Shown here piece by piece: positions 59,656 to 64,000 of a DNA stretch of 64,000 nucleotides; position 1 is the stretch's first letter; each line of letters begins with the position of its first letter. Source of the stretch: an uncultured Pelagibacteraceae bacterium (GTDB lineage Bacteria; Pseudomonadota; Alphaproteobacteria; Pelagibacterales; Pelagibacteraceae); NCBI GenBank assembly GCA_902596925.1, contig CACJVT010000003.1, forward strand, positions 29,903 to 93,902, written 5' to 3'. The translations under genes and the position numbers were made by a program. The notes below the pieces were generated by a model that saw only the letters and a program-made list of their open reading frames with translations, searched no databases and was not told the origin of the DNA.

Positions 59656-60403
59656 AAATAGAATAATACCTTGTTTAGATGTCAAAAATGGTCGTGTTGT
59701 TAAGGGTATAAACTTTGTCGATCTAAAAGATGCAGGAGACCCTGTGGAACAAGCAAAAATTTATAGTGATGGCGGAGCAGATGAAATTTGTTTTTTAGAT
59801 ATTACTGCTTCTAATGAAAATAGAAATACTATTTATGATGTTGTGGAGAAAACTTCAAAAAAATGTTTTGTGCCATTGACTGTAGGAGGTGGTGTTAGAA
59901 GCGTTGAAGATATTAACAAATTACTTAATTGTGGGGCTGATAAAGTTTCCATAAATACTGCTGCAGTTGAAAATTCAAAAGTCGTTGTAGATAGTTCAAA
60001 AAAATTTGGGTCTCAATGCATTGTAGTTGCAATTGATGCTAAAAAAAATGGAGATAAGTGGGAAGTATTCACTCACGGAGGAAGAAATAATAGTGGTATT
60101 GATGCGTTGGAGTATGCTCAACAAATGGAAAAAAATGGTGCAGGGGAGTTATTAGTGACTTCTATGGATAGAGATGGAACACAAGCAGGTTATGATATTG
60201 ATCTCATGTCAAAAATTTCATCGAAAGTAAATATTCCAGTTATTGCATCTGGTGGGGTTGGTAACCTAGAACACTTAGCAGATGGAATTAAATCTGGAAA
60301 AGCTAGTGCAGTCCTAGCTGCTTCTATATTTCACTATGGAAAACACTCTATAAAAGAAGCTAAGGATTATTTGGACTCAAAAGGAATACCTGTTAGAATT
60401 TAA
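59648..60403 (+). CDS. hisF: Imidazole glycerol phosphate synthase, cyclase subunit
   Basis: [50 protein letters not shown]. Confidence 0.99.
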   Translation: MLKNRIIPCLDVKNGRVVKGINFVDLKDAGDPVEQAKIYSDGGADEICFLDITASNENRNTIYDVVEKTSKKCFVPLTVGGGVRSVEDINKLLNCGADKVSINTAAVENSKVVVDSSKKFGSQCIVVAIDAKKNGDKWEVFTHGGRNNSGIDALEYAQQMEKNGAGELLVTSMDRDGTQAGYDIDLMSKISSKVNIPVIASGGVGNLEHLADGIKSGKASAVLAASIFHYGKHSIKEAKDYLDSKGIPVRI

Positions 60404-60404
60404 T

Positions 60405-60677
60405 ATGCTCAATACTTTAGAAAGCTTATTTAATCTTGCAAGAGATCGGAAAAAAACTCCAGTAGATGGTTCTTACACAAATAAACTTCTTAGTGATAAA
60501 TCTTTGAGTAAAGAAAAGGTCCTAGAAGAAATTAATGAACTTATTGAGGCAGTAGATAAAGATTCAAACAAAATTCATGAAGCAGCTGATGTTTTTTATC
60601 ATTTGATAATGTATCTAGAGGCAAATGATGTAAAAATTGAAGATGTAATGGAAGAACTTAATCAAAGAAAAAAATAA
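60405..60677 (+). CDS. hisE: Phosphoribosyl-ATP pyrophosphatase
   Basis: SYTNKLL, KVLEE..E, IHEAADVFYHL. Confidence 0.95.
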   Translation: MLNTLESLFNLARDRKKTPVDGSYTNKLLSDKSLSKEKVLEEINELIEAVDKDSNKIHEAADVFYHLIMYLEANDVKIEDVMEELNQRKK

Positions 60678-60678
60678 T

Positions 60679-60987
60679 ATGTTTTCAATATTGAGGGTTC
60701 AAATAATTATTGGATTGATTATTTTAACAATACTAACCTGGGCAACTCAAAATGTATGTCGATATAATTTTGTATTAGATAAAAAAAAAAATATAACAAA
60801 CATTATTAGCGAAGAATTGAAACCAAGTTTAGCATTAACTGAGGTTTATTATTATAAAGAATTAAATTGTAATGATGCAGATTTCGATTTAGATATTGAT
60901 AGAATTATGAATAACATAAGAACAATTTCAGTAATGGTTCACCAATATTTTACAACAGATATAACTGGTAGACCAATAAATGAATAA
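60679..60987 (+). CDS. Hypothetical membrane-anchored protein (102 aa)
   Basis: Open frame tightly packed after hisE (1-nt gap) and ending 8 nt before the HIT gene. N-terminal hydrophobic helix and two Cys. No recognised motif. Confidence 0.7.
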   Translation: MFSILRVQIIIGLIILTILTWATQNVCRYNFVLDKKKNITNIISEELKPSLALTEVYYYKELNCNDADFDLDIDRIMNNIRTISVMVHQYFTTDITGRPINE

Positions 60988-60995
60988 AATCAATT

Positions 60996-61361
60996 ATGAC
61001 CTACGACAATAATAATATATTTGCAAAAATTTTAAGGGGTGAAATCCCTTGTAAAAAAATTTACGAGGATGATCACGTTTTATCATTTCATGATATTAAT
61101 CCACAAAAAAAAATTCATGCACTGGTAATACCTAAAGGAAAATATATTGACCTCGATGATTTTAGTCAAAACGCTTCTCCAGAGGAAATGGTTGGTTTGT
61201 TAAAGGGTATAAATCTAGTGGCCAAAAAGCTTGGGATATCAGTTGACTGTGGTAAAGGTTATCGTGCTTTAGCTAATATTTCTGAGCACGGTGGTCAAGA
61301 AGTACCTCATTTACACTTTCATCTATTTGGAGGTGAAAAAGTTGGAAAGATGGTGGAGTGA
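60996..61361 (+). CDS. HIT-family nucleotide-binding protein (HinT-like)
   Basis: NIFAKILRGEIP, DINPQ..HALVIPK, QEVPHLHFH histidine triad. Confidence 0.95.
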   Translation: MTYDNNNIFAKILRGEIPCKKIYEDDHVLSFHDINPQKKIHALVIPKGKYIDLDDFSQNASPEEMVGLLKGINLVAKKLGISVDCGKGYRALANISEHGGQEVPHLHFHLFGGEKVGKMVE

Positions 61362-61861
61362 GCACTAAAGTTGAAAGAAATTACTTAGAAATCAATTCAC
61401 TTAAAGACTTAAAAAAATCAAAATTTTATCCAGATGATTGCTTAATTGATCTTAGTGATCCAGCAGATTTTCAAATAAATAAGTTTTTTTATAAAAGCAT
61501 AGGTAAAGAGCATCGGTGGACGGATCGATTAGTTTGGACAGATAAACAGTGGATGGAATATATCTCTGATCAAAAGGTAAAAACTTATATTCTTAAAAAA
61601 GCTAACGATATGGCTGGATACTTTGAACTTATTTTCCATAAGGAAAAAAAGGAGACAGAGATTGCTTATCTTGGCTTACTCAAAGAATATCAAAATAAAA
61701 AATTAGGCTCGTTTCTTTTGACATCAGCTATAAAAAATTCTTTCTCTGAAAATACTAACAGAGTCTGGGTACATACTTGCTCTTTAGACCATAAAAATGC
61801 ATTAAATAATTATATTTCAAGAGGTATGAAAATTTATAAAACGGAGTCTGTCTCAATTTAA
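61358..61861 (+). CDS. GNAT-family N-acetyltransferase (GTG start)
   Basis: AGYFEL, EIAYLGL..EYQNKKLG..L acetyl-CoA motif, RVWVHTCSLDH..AL.NY..RG. Confidence 0.88.
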   Translation: MSTKVERNYLEINSLKDLKKSKFYPDDCLIDLSDPADFQINKFFYKSIGKEHRWTDRLVWTDKQWMEYISDQKVKTYILKKANDMAGYFELIFHKEKKETEIAYLGLLKEYQNKKLGSFLLTSAIKNSFSENTNRVWVHTCSLDHKNALNNYISRGMKIYKTESVSI

Positions 61862-62409
61862 TTTTGTTGAGGTAAAACAAACAAATTACTATTTAATTTT
61901 TGATTTTTTTTAACTGAATCTAAAAAAGTGATACTTAGATTTTGATAAATATCTGTAGTTTGCCAACCGATCAAATTTAGAGTGTTATAATCAAAGAAAA
62001 TATTCACCTCAAAATCTTCTTCAAAAAACTTAAAATTTACAAATTTATTATCTAAAATTCTTTCATCTAAAGTTTCAATTTTATCAAGTAAAAAATTTTT
62101 GTTTAAAATCAAATTTAATGGTGTTCGCTTGAGCGGATAAAGGTAATAGCTCCTGTTGGTTTTAATCACAATGGATTTTCCATTGGAAACTAAAATTTTA
62201 CCATTTTTTAAATTATATTTACAAAATATTTTTTGTGGGTACGAAAGTGCACAATGACCATTTTCTGTCTCACCATTAACGTTTTGTTCAAAATTAAATG
62301 TCAGGTTATTAGTAGCTTTTAAATTTTGAATAATTTTTTCTTTAATATTTGCTGAAGCTTCAACAGTCGAAAATAAAAGAAATAAAAAAATTAATTTATT
62401 AATCATCAA
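61858..62409 (-). CDS. lolA: Outer-membrane lipoprotein carrier LolA-like
   Basis: Signal peptide, FEQ, LVSNGKS, YPL..TPL motifs. Follows ftsK, the conserved arrangement. Confidence 0.82.
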   Translation of the reverse strand: MMINKLIFLFLLFSTVEASANIKEKIIQNLKATNNLTFNFEQNVNGETENGHCALSYPQKIFCKYNLKNGKILVSNGKSIVIKTNRSYYLYPLKRTPLNLILNKNFLLDKIETLDERILDNKFVNFKFFEEDFEVNIFFDYNTLNLIGWQTTDIYQNLSITFLDSVKKNQKLNSNLFVLPQQN

Positions 62410-64000
62410 AGAACATCACGTTTTCCAACATGATTGGCCTTACTTACGATTCCCTCTTCTTCCATCATATCAATTATTCTTGCTGCTCGATTATATCCAA
62501 TTTGTAGTTTTCTTTGTAAAAAAGACGTTGATGCTTTACCTTCAGATTTTATTATTTCAACAGCTGTTTGATAAAGTTCATCTTTATCACCCATATTTTT
62601 GGATCCATCACCCATTTCTTTTTCATCTGCAAAATTAAGGATTTCGTCTACATAATCTGGTTCTGCTTGAGATCTTAAAGAATTGTTAATATTTTCAATC
62701 TCATTGTCAGATACAAATGGTGCATGTATTCTTATAACTTTGTTAGCAGATGACATATATAACATATCTCCTTTACCTAACAATTGTTCAGCACCTTGTT
62801 CTCCTAATATAGTTCTACTATCTATTTTAGATGTAACTTGGAAAGAAATTCGTGTAGGAAAGTTTGCCTTAATTGTTCCTGTAATTACGTCAACACTCGG
62901 TCTTTGAGTGGCCATGATAATGTGTATTCCAGCTGCTCTTGCCATTTGGGATAATTTTTGAATATAGTTTTCAATTTCTTTTCCTGCAACCAACATTAAA
63001 TCTGACATTTCATCAACCACCACAACTATATAAGGCATTGGAAGTTTATGTTTTGAGTTGTAACCATCTATATTTCTAACTCCTTCTTTGGTCATAAGTC
63101 TGTATCTACTTTCCATTTCTTTTACTACCCAGCCTAAAACTGAGGCTGCTTTTTTAGCTTCTGTTATCACTGGACACAAAAGATGAGGTACACCTTCGTA
63201 TGTAGATAGTTCAAGCATTTTAGGATCAATCAAAATAAATTTACATCTCTCAGGAGTATGACGGTAAAGTAGTGATAATATTATCGTATTGATGCAAACT
63301 GACTTTCCAGACCCAGTTGTTCCAGCGATTAATAAATGAGGCATTGAAGATAAATCTCCAACTATTGGATTTCCAGATATACTTTTACCTAAAGCAATTG
63401 GTAATTTAATTTCTTTTTTCTTGAAGTCGGAGTTATTTAAAATCTCACTCAAGTAAACATTTTCTCTTGATGAATTAGGCAATTCAATTCCAACAGTGTT
63501 ACTTCCTGGAATGGTCGAAATCCTAGCTGACTCGGAACTAGTATTTCTCGCAATATCATCAGATAGATTTATAATTTTAGAAACCTTCACGCCTGCGGCA
63601 GGTTCAAATTCATTTAACGTAACGACTGGTCCGTGACTTATTTTTTTAATTTTTCCATTAACACCAAAGTCTAATAATATTTTTTCTAAGAATTCAGGAT
63701 CACCTGATTGATTTTTTTCAGAATTCTCTCTTTCCTTTTTAGATGGAATTTTAAGTAAATCAAGGCTAGGCAATTTAAATTTTTGTATTTCATTTTTTTT
63801 TATTTCATCGGCTTTTATGAAAGGTAAATCTTCTTGGATTAAATTCTTAATTTCTTCTTGTGGAATATATTCATTAATAACTTCAGTCTTGTCCGTATAA
63901 TTTTTATTATTTTTAGTATTGAGAAAATTAAAAAATTTCTTAAGGCTAAAATTTATACTTAGCAAAAAAAGTATGATTATTAAGATAATTAAAAAGTAAT
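62406..64000 (-). CDS. ftsK: DNA translocase FtsK, 5'-truncated by the window edge
   Basis: GPVVT, PHLLIAGTTGSGKSV, IDPKMLEL, VVDEMSDLM, ATQRPSVDV, gamma domain LQIGYNRAARI. The frame stays open to position 64000 (YFLIILIIILFLLSINF, a TM segment). Confidence 0.98.
   Translation of the reverse strand, partial: YFLIILIIILFLLSINFSLKKFFNFLNTKNNKNYTDKTEVINEYIPQEEIKNLIQEDLPFIKADEIKKNEIQKFKLPSLDLLKIPSKKERENSEKNQSGDPEFLEKILLDFGVNGKIKKISHGPVVTLNEFEPAAGVKVSKIINLSDDIARNTSSESARISTIPGSNTVGIELPNSSRENVYLSEILNNSDFKKKEIKLPIALGKSISGNPIVGDLSSMPHLLIAGTTGSGKSVCINTIILSLLYRHTPERCKFILIDPKMLELSTYEGVPHLLCPVITEAKKAASVLGWVVKEMESRYRLMTKEGVRNIDGYNSKHKLPMPYIVVVVDEMSDLMLVAGKEIENYIQKLSQMARAAGIHIIMATQRPSVDVITGTIKANFPTRISFQVTSKIDSRTILGEQGAEQLLGKGDMLYMSSANKVIRIHAPFVSDNEIENINNSLRSQAEPDYVDEILNFADEKEMGDGSKNMGDKDELYQTAVEIIKSEGKASTSFLQRKLQIGYNRAARIIDMMEEEGIVSKANHVGKRDVL

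Noticed and set aside
60679-61861. Small ORF plus HIT plus GNAT as a possible toxin-antitoxin or defence module
   Set aside because: The GNAT resembles the housekeeping alphaproteobacterial type, not AtaT/TacT. The small ORF has a TM helix rather than an RHH/HTH antitoxin fold, and no operator palindrome is present.
451-62907. The many 60-160 aa ORFs in the track lying antisense or out of frame inside housekeeping genes (e.g. 2458-2937, 6229-6564, 21029-21337, 42474-42842, 43656-44021, 54908-55309, 56458-56811)
   Set aside because: They are fully nested in strongly supported genes, Ser/Phe/Ile/Leu-rich as expected for shadow frames, and carry no recognisable motifs.
1-64000. CRISPR arrays, IS elements, integrases, prophage genes, rRNA/tRNA
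   Set aside because: I saw no regularly spaced repeats, terminal inverted repeats, recombinase or transposase motifs, or structured RNA genes. Intergenic space is too small to hide them.

Overview
This is a very AT-rich, gene-dense core-chromosome segment of a streamlined alphaproteobacterium. Gene order, the porin and the short intergenic gaps strongly suggest Candidatus Pelagibacter/SAR11 (inferred, no database search). It spans the replication-origin region: a putative oriC with DnaA boxes between hemE and the DUF299/ppsR-maf-aroE-coaE-dnaQ operon, mnmE-mnmG-rsmG-parA-parB, and a perfect parS inside rsmG. Housekeeping blocks are nusA-infB-rbfA-rpsO-pnp, miaB-phoH-ybeY-lnt-metK, murJ-trpS-nfu, grpE-dnaK-dnaJ, leuS-lptE-holA, hemE-hemH-hemJ-rho, hslVU, the his operon and lolA/ftsK. 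I found no rRNA, tRNA, CRISPR array, transposase, integrase or prophage gene. The most notable coding observations are an unlisted 39-aa membrane ORF, a 1-nt frameshift in mnmG, two stand-alone PAPS-type sulfotransferase paralogs with near-identical 5' ends, an FkbM methyltransferase and an ORFan inside the his operon, a CenR-like regulator with a degenerate receiver domain, and a minimal TsaB. The most notable non-coding ones are an attenuator-like terminator in the nusA leader, RpoH-type near-leaderless promoters, and head-to-head gene pairs with overlapping starts, including two genes sharing one ATGCAT palindrome.
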